Origin: Candidatus Bathyarchaeum sp.
GTDB taxonomy: Archaea; Thermoproteota; Bathyarchaeia; Bathyarchaeales; Bathyarchaeaceae
Length of the DNA: 64,000 nt
Direction: 5' to 3'
Assembly: GCA_020344315.1 (NCBI GenBank)
Contig: CP070820.1
Location: 237,763-301,762, forward strand
The notes beneath the pieces were generated by a model. That model saw only the letters and a list, made by a program, of their open reading frames with translations, was not told the DNA's origin and made no database searches. Positions 10,211 through 19,336 of this stretch are shown here, one piece after another. The position numbers were made by a program, and so were the translations under genes. Numbering within the stretch: position 1 is the first letter of the stretch; each line of letters opens with the position of its first letter.

Positions 10211-11296
10211 TTGCTAAACTCGTTTGAGAAGGACCCCAAAGAAATGAGCGCTGGACCAAAAATTGACGAAATTAATGCTAAAATTTTAAAGGCATTACTT
10301 AAGGAGCCGAGAACCAGTTTTACGGAAATCGCTAAAGAATGTGGGCTATCGAATACTTCTATAAAAAACAGATTTGATCGTATGAAGAAATCGGGGATAA
10401 TTAACGGTGCAATCATGCAAATAAACCCAAGAAGTTTTGGGTATGATTGTATTGCATTTGCAAATATCGAAGTAGATCCCAGAGAAAAGGTAAGAGTTTA
10501 TGAATTCCTTAAAAAGCAACAATTCGCCATTTATCCCGCCCAGTTAACTGGCAGAAACGTCATCCTAGGATTTGTAGTTTCTAAAAATACAGATGATCTG
10601 TCCCGAATCGTAAAACAAATCCAAAGTCACCCTAACATTAGATCTGTTTCTACAGCAATCTGGATTGACATAACAAACATGGATCACCCCGAAAACCTGA
10701 TTGTTGAAGCAACTGATACAATGCCGAATCCAAACATGGTGCAGTCCAAGGAGAAAGTGAGCCATGCCATCACACCTAAGCAGACAGACATTGATTTGGA
10801 GGCAAAAGGGAAAAAAATCAACAAAGCACGTCAATTAGACAAAATTGATATTGCACTGATCAAGTTGCTGTCGAAAGATGCTCGTCTTTCTTTCAGAAGC
10901 ATCGCGAAAAAGCTGGGTATTTCTCCTAATAATGTCATCAAAAGATACAAAGAATTAAGGAAAAATGTTCTTCCTTTTTCTTCAATAACTGTAAACCTGC
11001 AAAACTTGGGGTACATGGGCACAGGCGTTATGTTGATTAATGTCTCAAGCAAGCACTCGGTGGATCAGACGTTTGACAGATTATTGCGGATTCCAAATGT
11101 AATAGTGACCATAAAGCTTTTCGATTATTATGATATCTTGGCGATAGCGCCTTTTAGAGTTCTTGAGGATTTGCACGATTTGAAAGAAGAAATTTCCAAT
11201 ATTTCAGGTGTTAATGAAATTAACCTAATGGTAGATAAGCCCTATAAGAAATGGCCCTTAAACATGATTTCCGAGCTAATAATAAAGAACCTTTAG
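10211..11296 (+). CDS. Tandem (double) Lrp/AsnC transcriptional regulator
   Basis: Two wHTH+RAM units (IDEINAKILKAL..EPR.SFTEIA and LDKIDIALIKLL..DAR.SFRSIA); divergent from the propeller gene. Confidence 0.9.
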   Translation: MLNSFEKDPKEMSAGPKIDEINAKILKALLKEPRTSFTEIAKECGLSNTSIKNRFDRMKKSGIINGAIMQINPRSFGYDCIAFANIEVDPREKVRVYEFLKKQQFAIYPAQLTGRNVILGFVVSKNTDDLSRIVKQIQSHPNIRSVSTAIWIDITNMDHPENLIVEATDTMPNPNMVQSKEKVSHAITPKQTDIDLEAKGKKINKARQLDKIDIALIKLLSKDARLSFRSIAKKLGISPNNVIKRYKELRKNVLPFSSITVNLQNLGYMGTGVMLINVSSKHSVDQTFDRLLRIPNVIVTIKLFDYYDILAIAPFRVLEDLHDLKEEISNISGVNEINLMVDKPYKKWPLNMISELIIKNL

Positions 11297-11367
11297 GCGA
11301 TTGAAAATTTTTCTGTAAACAACATACTCGAGAAATTGTTTCTATGATGCTGAAGCATTTTTTAAAA

Positions 11368-11946
11368 CTAAGATGGGTTAACCGCTGAATGGAAAACTTT
11401 CACTCTTTCAAATATTTTGTATCCTAAATGTCCGCCAACTATGCTTTCAATTATTATTATTGGAAGCATAAATGACATCAGACTAAGGAAACCTGAGAGA
11501 GCTTGTGGAGCATATAATAAGTAGTATAGGATTGTGAAGATTTGATTGATTGGATGAAATATCAACGAAAACATGATGGACAACAAAAGCAATTTATTAT
11601 GCGTTTTAAAGAATCCATAAATGCTGTTGAATAGCATGTCACCAAAAATGGCGGTAACTACTAGTGGTACACGAGCCAGTATATCATAGGGCGGCCCAAT
11701 GAAATATGTGGGAAGGGTGAGGAGAACGAATAATATTGTTGAGAATAAAAATCTCCATCTTCCTCCATAATATAAGAGCAATTGAGCACTGATGAATATT
11801 ACATGACCAACAATGAAAAGGTACCCTGCTCCCCGTATTCCAGTCAGGGGAGCTATTTGAGCCACAAAGAGGGTGTACACTAGACCTAACACAGCAAAAA
11901 TAACTACTGTAGTTAAATCTTTGCTTGTCCACAAGAACATGCACAA
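11368..11946 (-). CDS. Multi-TM membrane protein, possibly ECF S-component-like
   Basis: About 6 TM helices; the N-terminal WTSKDL..VVIFAVL resembles S-component starts. Confidence 0.55.
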   Translation of the reverse strand: MCMFLWTSKDLTTVVIFAVLGLVYTLFVAQIAPLTGIRGAGYLFIVGHVIFISAQLLLYYGGRWRFLFSTILFVLLTLPTYFIGPPYDILARVPLVVTAIFGDMLFNSIYGFFKTHNKLLLLSIMFSLIFHPINQIFTILYYLLYAPQALSGFLSLMSFMLPIIIIESIVGGHLGYKIFERVKVFHSAVNPS

Positions 11947-12246
11947 TCCTGCTTTTGTTGCGCACTTATTCCCTTTTCATCATTTAAATGCCTTACGATG
12001 GTGCCTAAAAAATTAGGCTAGTGATAAAATTGCACATAACCTGTGCTAATTTGAAAGCTAATTCACGTTAACATTAGAGACATCTTACGCAACTCCTTTT
12101 TTATCCAGAATCTATGTTTTGGTTTGCTTTTTGAGATGCTACGAAGAAACATCAGCTACCTACTTATTAAACAAAAAGTTGAAAAAGGAGCAAATTTAAC
12201 AAGATTTCGATAAAAAGCTTAAAATGCAGATAAACAAGAGGAAGAG

Positions 12247-12319
12247 AGGGTTTCCTGAAGCGTACCACGGGGCGATTCAAGGGAGATAAAAAATGAAAAT
12301 CCCCAGCTGCTACAATCGC
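12247..12319. repeat. ~70 bp non-coding repeat, copy B
   Basis: See copy A; preceded about 25 nt upstream by BRE/TATA-like AAAAAGCTTAAAA. Confidence 0.8.
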
Positions 12320-12330
12320 GCGCTAATACA

Positions 12331-12975
12331 ATGAGAGAATTAAACAAAAGAAACCAAAAAACCCCAGTCCCTAGCTTAGGGAACAATCTGGAGTTTGAGA
12401 TTCCCTCATGGGATCAAATTTACAGTCTTCTCCTGAATCTAGCTGGAGCAATTCAAAAAAGTGAATTTGAATCGGACGTAATCGTCGGCATTTCCAGAGG
12501 CGGCTGGCTTCCAGCTCGAATAATATCAGACCTACTGGAAAATCCTAAACTAGCGAACGTAGCAGCAAAGTTTTATGTGGGAGTAGCCGAAACCAAAGGT
12601 AAACCTGCCATCACGCAGCCAGTCTCTATTCCAGTTAAAAACAAAAAAGTTCTTGTTGTTGACGATGTTGCAGATACGGGTGAGAGCCTCAAACTCGTAC
12701 ACTCCCATCTGAAGAAGCAAGGTGCATCAGAAATTAAGATTGCAACCATCTACTATAAACCATGGAGCACCATGGTTCCAGACTACTACGAAAAAGAAAC
12801 GCGCTGCTGGATCGTTTTCCCTTGGGAGAGAAAAGAAACCGTTAGAAAAACTGTGGAAAAGTTCAGAGGCGAAGGAAAAACAGTGGAAGATGCAAAAGAA
12901 AAGCTGATTAGTTCCGGATTAAACAAGAGACTCGTGGAACAGTTCATCAAAGAAATCTTCGGGGAAACACCTTGA
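12331..12975 (+). CDS. Type I phosphoribosyltransferase (purine salvage, Hpt/Gpt-like)
   Basis: GISRGG, VLVVDDVADTGESL (PRPP-binding motif) and WIVFPWE. Confidence 0.9.
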   Translation: MRELNKRNQKTPVPSLGNNLEFEIPSWDQIYSLLLNLAGAIQKSEFESDVIVGISRGGWLPARIISDLLENPKLANVAAKFYVGVAETKGKPAITQPVSIPVKNKKVLVVDDVADTGESLKLVHSHLKKQGASEIKIATIYYKPWSTMVPDYYEKETRCWIVFPWERKETVRKTVEKFRGEGKTVEDAKEKLISSGLNKRLVEQFIKEIFGETP

Positions 12976-13538
12976 CCGAAAATCCGGAAGAAGCCAGCAA
13001 ACACATCACCATAATTGGTTTCAGGAACGTTAAGATACAGAACATCAACAGTTTTCTTCAACACTTCAGAAGCGAAAAAGTAGGAGCCTCTGTTCAGTTT
13101 TTTGACGCTAAACTGGTGGCAAGCCCCCAACACCTGTATTTTGCCGCCTTGAATGCGCTGAAAGCTTTCAAAAAAAAGACAAATATATCAAACAGTCTAG
13201 CTGTTGAGGCTCTCCTTTATGCTTCTGCCCAGAGACAGATAAAAAAAGCTGTGGAGATGCTGGGAATCAAGCAAGACTCTTCAGAAGTGGCAGTCTTGAT
13301 AATGGCAGAAAATAGGCGAGAAAATGATGCTTGCTTAAGTCTAGTTTCTAACCTGATTCCCGGTGAACGCAACGACAGCGTTCTAGAACTGACAAATAAA
13401 AAAATCAAAACAATCAAAAAGTTGTTCAAGATTTCTGGCCTTGAATTCGAGGCTAAGCTGAAAAGAGAAGGATTAGAAAAGGAAGCGTTAACAGATCTTG
13501 TAATCGAGCGCATGGCCTTATTGGTCACTAAGAGCTAG
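12972..13538 (+). CDS. cgi121: KEOPS complex subunit Cgi121
   Basis: HL.FAA.NAL.AF...TNIS.SL.VE.LLYASAQRQI..A...GI and a terminal VIERMAL. Confidence 0.9.
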   Translation: MTENPEEASKHITIIGFRNVKIQNINSFLQHFRSEKVGASVQFFDAKLVASPQHLYFAALNALKAFKKKTNISNSLAVEALLYASAQRQIKKAVEMLGIKQDSSEVAVLIMAENRRENDACLSLVSNLIPGERNDSVLELTNKKIKTIKKLFKISGLEFEAKLKREGLEKEALTDLVIERMALLVTKS

Positions 13539-14138
13539 AGCAGTTAAAATTTCTTTAAGGCTTATAGGACCATCTCGAAGAATTCTCGGTTTTTCTGAAG
13601 TTAAATCAGCTACTGTTGAAGGTCTTCCCTGAGCCGGAGTTTCCCCATCGAGAACAACGTCCACCATTTCCTTCAACTCATCTGTTATTTCCTGAACTGT
13701 TCTCGGAGGCTCTCCCCCGGTTCTATTGGCACTTGACCCTATAAGAAGGCCTCCACACAAGCTGATGAGATGAAGAGCAACATCGTTGTCGGGTATCCTC
13801 AAGCCTACAGAATCCCCGCTGAAAGTAACAACATCCGGAAGAGTAGGTTTCTTGTGAAAAACTAGTGTAAGAGGTCCAGGCCAAAATTTTGCAGCCACTC
13901 TCTTCCCGTTCTGTGAGATGAAGGCTATCTTATCTGCGTCACTGATACTTGCTGCCAATACAGGTAGAGGCTTTTTTCTGGCGCCCTTCAATTTCAGAAT
14001 TCGCTTCACGGCTTGAACGTCGAATGGATTGCATCCTAACCCGTATACTGTTTCGGTTGGATAGATTACCAATCCACCCCTCTTAACAATCCGAGAGGCT
14101 ACCATAATGTTGTTTCTAGTTGCTCTTAATACAGTCAT
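13518..14138 (-). CDS. L-threonylcarbamoyladenylate synthase (YrdC-only, TsaC-type)
   Basis: YPTETVYGLG, FWPGPLT, SSAN and PSTV motifs; 206 aa with no SUA5 domain. Confidence 0.92.
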   Translation of the reverse strand: MTVLRATRNNIMVASRIVKRGGLVIYPTETVYGLGCNPFDVQAVKRILKLKGARKKPLPVLAASISDADKIAFISQNGKRVAAKFWPGPLTLVFHKKPTLPDVVTFSGDSVGLRIPDNDVALHLISLCGGLLIGSSANRTGGEPPRTVQEITDELKEMVDVVLDGETPAQGRPSTVADLTSEKPRILRDGPISLKEILTALALSDQ

Positions 14139-14269
14139 TTTTTTTGTCGAATCAAATAAGGAGAAGTGATTATTAAGGTTCTACCTACCCCTATGATTTT
14201 GCTTTAAACGGCTACAAGAATAGGTGAAGAAAAAAAGAGTGGGTTGTTCAGTTGTTTATTTTGTTGTTT

Positions 14270-14965
14270 CTATCTTGCTCTTGACCTCACTCTGGGTCCT
14301 AGGAGTGTCCAGAGCCATTCCACGAATTCTCTCAGGTTTTTCGTTTGTATGTACACGTCGCCGGGGCCTCTTACCTCTGTGACTAGTCCTTCACCGCCAA
14401 GGAGAGTCGACTTCAGGCCTCCAAATTTTCTGACCTTATAGTCGCAACTATCGCTGAAGGCTACGAGATGAAAGTTGTCAACGATCAAGGATTTACCAGC
14501 GTCTATGGTGTGTTTGTCGATGGCCCCAAAAGTATTTATGAAGAGTGTGCCGTCTCCTGTAACTTTTATCATGAAGAGTCCCTGTCCAAAGAGTCCCTTT
14601 GTGAATCCCTGCCATTTCACGTCCAAGTCCACATTTTGGGTGGATGCGATGTAGGAGGCGCTTTGGATGATGTAGCCTTGGTTTGGTTTAACTTCCAGTG
14701 TTTCGATATCGCCAACTGGAGCAGAGACGAAAGCAACTTCACCTGAACCTTCTTGTGCTCTATAATCATTCACAAAAAAGGATTGACGTCCCAAGAAGGT
14801 GAGTCCCAGAGTGCCTAAGAGGCTCTTTTCTCTCATCCGTGTCTTTACATCTATGTTGGGTTCCATATAGGTCATCGCGCCAGCTTCTGCAGTTATAGAT
14901 TCGTTAGGTTCTAGCTTAACAACAAGCATCGAATACGAAGGCTTGTACTTAATTTCATACTCCAA
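14270..14965 (-). CDS. TIGR00266/AIM24 family protein
   Basis: AEAGAM, GQGLF, VDNFHLVAF and GGEGLV...GPG.VYIQT motifs. Confidence 0.88.
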   Translation of the reverse strand: MEYEIKYKPSYSMLVVKLEPNESITAEAGAMTYMEPNIDVKTRMREKSLLGTLGLTFLGRQSFFVNDYRAQEGSGEVAFVSAPVGDIETLEVKPNQGYIIQSASYIASTQNVDLDVKWQGFTKGLFGQGLFMIKVTGDGTLFINTFGAIDKHTIDAGKSLIVDNFHLVAFSDSCDYKVRKFGGLKSTLLGGEGLVTEVRGPGDVYIQTKNLREFVEWLWTLLGPRVRSRAR

Positions 14966-15121
14966 GTTTTATTTCACTTCCATGTTTTCATATCGGGTTT
15001 TCTCAGATGATAGCTAAATAGATGAACTTGAAATTTAAAATTATCCTGAATCTGAGCAGCAAGAGATTTAAGTTATTATTCTCCGTCCATTATTCTACGT
15101 TAACAGGTGTAGCGATAGAAG

Positions 15122-16906
15122 ATGGTTCGGATAGCAGTTCTAGACGAGGAGCGATGCGACTCCAAACGTTGCGGTAGACCATGTTATCGCTTCTGCCCAC
15201 CAGTGAGAAACAAGATTGAAGCCATTATATTCGAGTCCAACAAACCTCAAATCGTGGAAAGCCTCTGCGTAGGATGCGGAATCTGCGTCAGAAAATGCCC
15301 CTTCAAAGCAATCTCCATCGTCAATCTGGCAGACGAACTGGAAGAGGAATGCAGCCACCGCTTCGGCCCTAACACCTTCAAACTCTTTCGCCTCCCAACC
15401 CCCTCCGCAGGCGTAGTCTTAGGCCTCCTAGGACAAAACGGCATAGGAAAAACCACAGCCCTCCACATTCTCTCCGGAGAAATCAAACCGAACCTAGGAA
15501 AATATGGTGAGCCCCCAGAGTGGAGGCAGCTGATTCAACATTTCCGAGGCTCAACCCTCCAAGAATATTTTCAGAGACTGAGCGAAGGAAACCTGAAGGT
15601 TGTGCACAAACCCCAGTATGTAGACCGGATTTCCCGAGTAATCTCAGGCAAGGTTGGAGAGCTTCTCGAGAAAGTCGACGAGCGGGACAAGCTGAGTCAG
15701 CTTACTGAACAGCTTCAACTCGAGACCATTTGGGATCGAGACCTGAAGGTTTTGAGCGGGGGAGAACTTCAGCGGGTGGCTGTCGTCGCCTCTATCTGTC
15801 GAGAAGCAGATGTCTACCTCTTCGACGAGCCATCCAGCTATCTAGATGTGAAGCAGCGACTGCAGGCTGCCAAGGCCATTCAAACCCTCAAACAGGATGG
15901 AAAGACCGTGATTGTGGCTGAGCACGACCTAGCGATTCTCGATTACCTATCCGATCAAATATGCATCTTTTACGGTGACCCCGGCGTCTATGGAGTAGTC
16001 TCTCATGTTCACGGCGTGAGGGTGGGAATAAACATCTACCTTGAAGGCTTCATTCCTGACGAGAACATCCGATTCAGAAAAGACCCAATAATCTTTCACG
16101 TTAAACCTCCAGCCGCCGGATTAACAGGGGGTGAACCCGTATTGGAGTGGAGTGAACTGAAGAAGTCTTATGGCGAATTTAAGTTTCAAGCGGTGCCTGG
16201 GGAGGTGAAACGGGGAGAGGTAGTTGGAATATTTGGACCAAATGGGATTGGAAAGACCACATTCATTAAGGTACTTGCAGGAATTGAGGAAGCAGATTCT
16301 GGAGAAACGTCAACCCCGAGTGAAATGAAAGTAAGCTATAAGCCCCAATACATTTCGCCGCAGTACAAGGGAAGCGTTGAAGATTTGCTGAAGGAGACGG
16401 CTGAAAAAACTTTTGAAACCAGTTTGTATCATAGCCAGATTCTGCAGCCCCTCAAAATGCAACTCCTTCTCGATAGAGACGTAACTGAGCTTAGCGGAGG
16501 AGAACTTCAGAGAGTTGCCATCGCCGCCTGCCTGTCTCGAGAGGCGGAGCTGTATCTTCTCGACGAACCGAGTGCCTATCTGGATGTTGAAGAGAGACTC
16601 TCTGTGGCTCGGACGATCCGACGGGTAATCGAAAACCGAAAAGTAACGGCTTTCGTGGTGGAACATGATGTGGTGGCACAAGATTTCATAGCTGATCGCC
16701 TCATGATACTTACTGGAGAACCCGGATTACACGGCTTTGCGAATCCGCCAACAGATCTTCGTGATGGCATGAACAGTTTTCTCAAAGATATGGCGATTAC
16801 ATTCCGAAGAGACCCTCAAACGAAGAGGCCAAGAGTAAACAAGGAAGATTCCAAGCTGGATAGACATCAGAAGAAGATAGGCGAATACTACTACATACGC
16901 GACTAA
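15122..16906 (+). CDS. rli: Ribosome recycling ATPase ABCE1/RLI
   Basis: N-terminal Fe-S domain, two Walker A motifs (GQNGIGKT, GPNGIGKT), LSGGELQR twice, C-terminal RPRVNK. Confidence 0.97.
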   Translation: MVRIAVLDEERCDSKRCGRPCYRFCPPVRNKIEAIIFESNKPQIVESLCVGCGICVRKCPFKAISIVNLADELEEECSHRFGPNTFKLFRLPTPSAGVVLGLLGQNGIGKTTALHILSGEIKPNLGKYGEPPEWRQLIQHFRGSTLQEYFQRLSEGNLKVVHKPQYVDRISRVISGKVGELLEKVDERDKLSQLTEQLQLETIWDRDLKVLSGGELQRVAVVASICREADVYLFDEPSSYLDVKQRLQAAKAIQTLKQDGKTVIVAEHDLAILDYLSDQICIFYGDPGVYGVVSHVHGVRVGINIYLEGFIPDENIRFRKDPIIFHVKPPAAGLTGGEPVLEWSELKKSYGEFKFQAVPGEVKRGEVVGIFGPNGIGKTTFIKVLAGIEEADSGETSTPSEMKVSYKPQYISPQYKGSVEDLLKETAEKTFETSLYHSQILQPLKMQLLLDRDVTELSGGELQRVAIAACLSREAELYLLDEPSAYLDVEERLSVARTIRRVIENRKVTAFVVEHDVVAQDFIADRLMILTGEPGLHGFANPPTDLRDGMNSFLKDMAITFRRDPQTKRPRVNKEDSKLDRHQKKIGEYYYIRD

Positions 16907-17030
16907 TATTTGTAGATTGGAGTTTCTGGAACAACATTCAAAATGAGTTTTAACGAAGCATAAGATATAGGCGAAACTGTAATATTAGAAACCTAATGAA
17001 GTAATCAGAAATAGGAGGGGCAATTCTCTC

Positions 17031-17690
17031 ATGTCTGCAGATTGTTTCGAATGTGAAGTCATGGACTGGAACCTGTTTTACAAGTTAGCTAGGCAAGTGG
17101 CAAAGAAGGTCAACGGTTCAGGCTACAAACCTGACCTGATAGTTGGATTAGCCCGGGGAGGCTGGGTTCTAGCCCGGATTCTCTGCGATTTGGTAGGCGT
17201 CAAGGACCTCGTAAGCCTAAAGGTTGAGCACTGGGGCATAACGGCAACACCAGACGGAAAAGCTAAGCTAAAGTATCCTTTCAAAGTCGACTTAACTGGA
17301 AAAAAGGTGCTAGTTGTAGACGATATTACCGATACTGGCGAGAGCATGCGCGTAGCAGTTGAGTACATTCAATCTCTGAAACCTTCCGAGATTAGAACAG
17401 CTGCCCTGAGACATATAACGAGTTCAAAGTTTATGCCAGACTACTTTGGCGAGGAGATAACTTGGCGGTGGGTGATATTTCCTTGGAACTTCACAGAGGA
17501 CATGTGCAACATTGTTCCGAAAGTCTGCGCTCGCCTCTCAGTGAGCCCTGATGGCGACGTTGATGTTGCACAGCTCAGGAATGAACTGAAACAATTCTAC
17601 AAAATTGACACAACTGAAGAAACGATAGCTGAGATTCTTGGAGAACTTAAACGCCGTGGGCTCATAGATAAAAATGCAGAAAAGAGTTGA
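17031..17690 (+). CDS. Type I phosphoribosyltransferase (second Gpt-like paralog)
   Basis: GLARGG, VEHWG, VLVVDDITDTGES and WVIFPW motifs. Confidence 0.9.
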   Translation: MSADCFECEVMDWNLFYKLARQVAKKVNGSGYKPDLIVGLARGGWVLARILCDLVGVKDLVSLKVEHWGITATPDGKAKLKYPFKVDLTGKKVLVVDDITDTGESMRVAVEYIQSLKPSEIRTAALRHITSSKFMPDYFGEEITWRWVIFPWNFTEDMCNIVPKVCARLSVSPDGDVDVAQLRNELKQFYKIDTTEETIAEILGELKRRGLIDKNAEKS

Positions 17691-18488
17691 TTAGATTAAG
17701 GCATCTTTCAGGGCACAGCCACAATCGCAATCCACATCTTTAGGTATCTGTGGAATAGCCTCTAGAATTAATTTCTTGAAATTCTCATCATTCTTGCGCA
17801 TTGTCTCTATTACCTCCTTCGTAGACACAGGCTTTTCAGCCCACACATCATAGTCAGTAACCATCGATATTGGGACGTAACACAATTCGGCTTCCTTAGC
17901 CAAGACGCACTCGGGATATATGGTCATTCCTATGATATCCGCCTTCCACATCCGAAAAAGTCTGGACTCAGCTTTCGTTGAAAACCTTGGACCTTCAATA
18001 CAAACGTAGGTTCCGCTTTTCTTAACGTTTAAGCCTAGCTTCTGAGCGAAGTCGATAAAGAAAAGCCGGAGCTGTTGACAGAATGGGTCAGCAGTAGATA
18101 TGTGGCATATCTCTCCTCCTTCGTAGAAAGTGTCTAACCGTTTCTTTGTTCTATCAATAAGCTGATCTGGGATAACAAAATTACCTGGCTCGTAATCCTC
18201 TCGTAAACTTCCCACCGCTGAAGAAGCAACAATTTTTTTGACGCCTAACTGCTTTAGCGCCCACACGTTAGCGCGATAGTTGACTCTATGAGGAGGAATC
18301 GTGTGGTTTCTACCATGTCTAGGTATAAACGCTACCCTAACGTTCTTGTAAATGCCAACGGAGACAAGATCTGATGTTTCACCAAAAGGGGTGAAGACCT
18401 TAATCTCTTTTACATCCTCGAAATTTTCTTGATCATAGACGCCTGTTCCACCTATGATCCCTATCTCAGCAGTGTTTGCCTTAGCCAT
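17691..18488 (-). CDS. mtnP: S-methyl-5'-thioadenosine phosphorylase
   Basis: IGIIGGTG, PRHG..H..PP..VNYRAN, EGPRFST.AES, GMT and TDYD motifs. Confidence 0.93.
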   Translation of the reverse strand: MAKANTAEIGIIGGTGVYDQENFEDVKEIKVFTPFGETSDLVSVGIYKNVRVAFIPRHGRNHTIPPHRVNYRANVWALKQLGVKKIVASSAVGSLREDYEPGNFVIPDQLIDRTKKRLDTFYEGGEICHISTADPFCQQLRLFFIDFAQKLGLNVKKSGTYVCIEGPRFSTKAESRLFRMWKADIIGMTIYPECVLAKEAELCYVPISMVTDYDVWAEKPVSTKEVIETMRKNDENFKKLILEAIPQIPKDVDCDCGCALKDALI

Positions 18489-18629
18489 ACCCTTCCCACC
18501 GTGTTCAACGTAATAACATCACGAGATCATTTAATAATAATTGTGGGACGCGAAACTTCTGTTTTGGTTACCGCGTACGTAAAAGTTATCTTGGTTCATT
18601 TACATTTAACTTATTTGAGGGATTAAAAG

Positions 18630-19097
18630 TTGGCGAAGATGCTTAAAGTGCTTATTGTCTACTACAGCCAAACTGGTAACACTGAGAAGATGGCTAGGGC
18701 AGTTGAAGAAGGAGCGAAGTCAGTTGTCGGGATTAATGTAGAGGTGAAGTATTTTGCTAGACCCGAAGAATTGGCAGAGGCAGACGCCATAATTCTTGGG
18801 ATGCCCACATATTACCATGATATGGGCATAGATATGAAGAACCTGCTGGAAGCGGTGTCCAAGGAAGAGATAGACCTAAAGGGCAAGGTGGGAGCAGCTT
18901 TCGGGTCTTATGGTTGGAGCGGAGAAGCTCCTATCATGCTCGTGGAGATTATGAAACACAAGTTTGGAATGGATGTCATCGAACCTCCTATACGGATTAA
19001 GTATAATCCAGACGGCGAAGGTCTAGACGAGTGTCGCAAACTTGGAAAAACCGTTGCCGAAAAGATTGTGAAGTCAGCTTTGGATTCTAGCGGGTGA
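18630..19097 (+). CDS. Flavodoxin-domain protein (FprA C-terminal-like)
   Basis: YYSQTGNTEKMA and AFGSYGWSGEA motifs. Confidence 0.88.
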   Translation: MAKMLKVLIVYYSQTGNTEKMARAVEEGAKSVVGINVEVKYFARPEELAEADAIILGMPTYYHDMGIDMKNLLEAVSKEEIDLKGKVGAAFGSYGWSGEAPIMLVEIMKHKFGMDVIEPPIRIKYNPDGEGLDECRKLGKTVAEKIVKSALDSSG

Positions 19098-19336
19098 TAT
19101 TATCCCTGATTTTAAGAGGCATGGTCGTCTGGAGGAGAGTGTGATGGCTTCACACATAGTCTCTATATAGACTCAATATAAATAAATATATTATTTTAAT
19201 AAAATATATATTGACAGGTGAAGAATATAGACGCGTATAGAATGCGAAAGGTAAGAAAGAGTGGACCTAACCTGTGACAGCACAAAAGGCATATTTTTTT
19301 GTTAGTTTCAAAGGTTAGTGGAGGTGAAAAAAGAAT

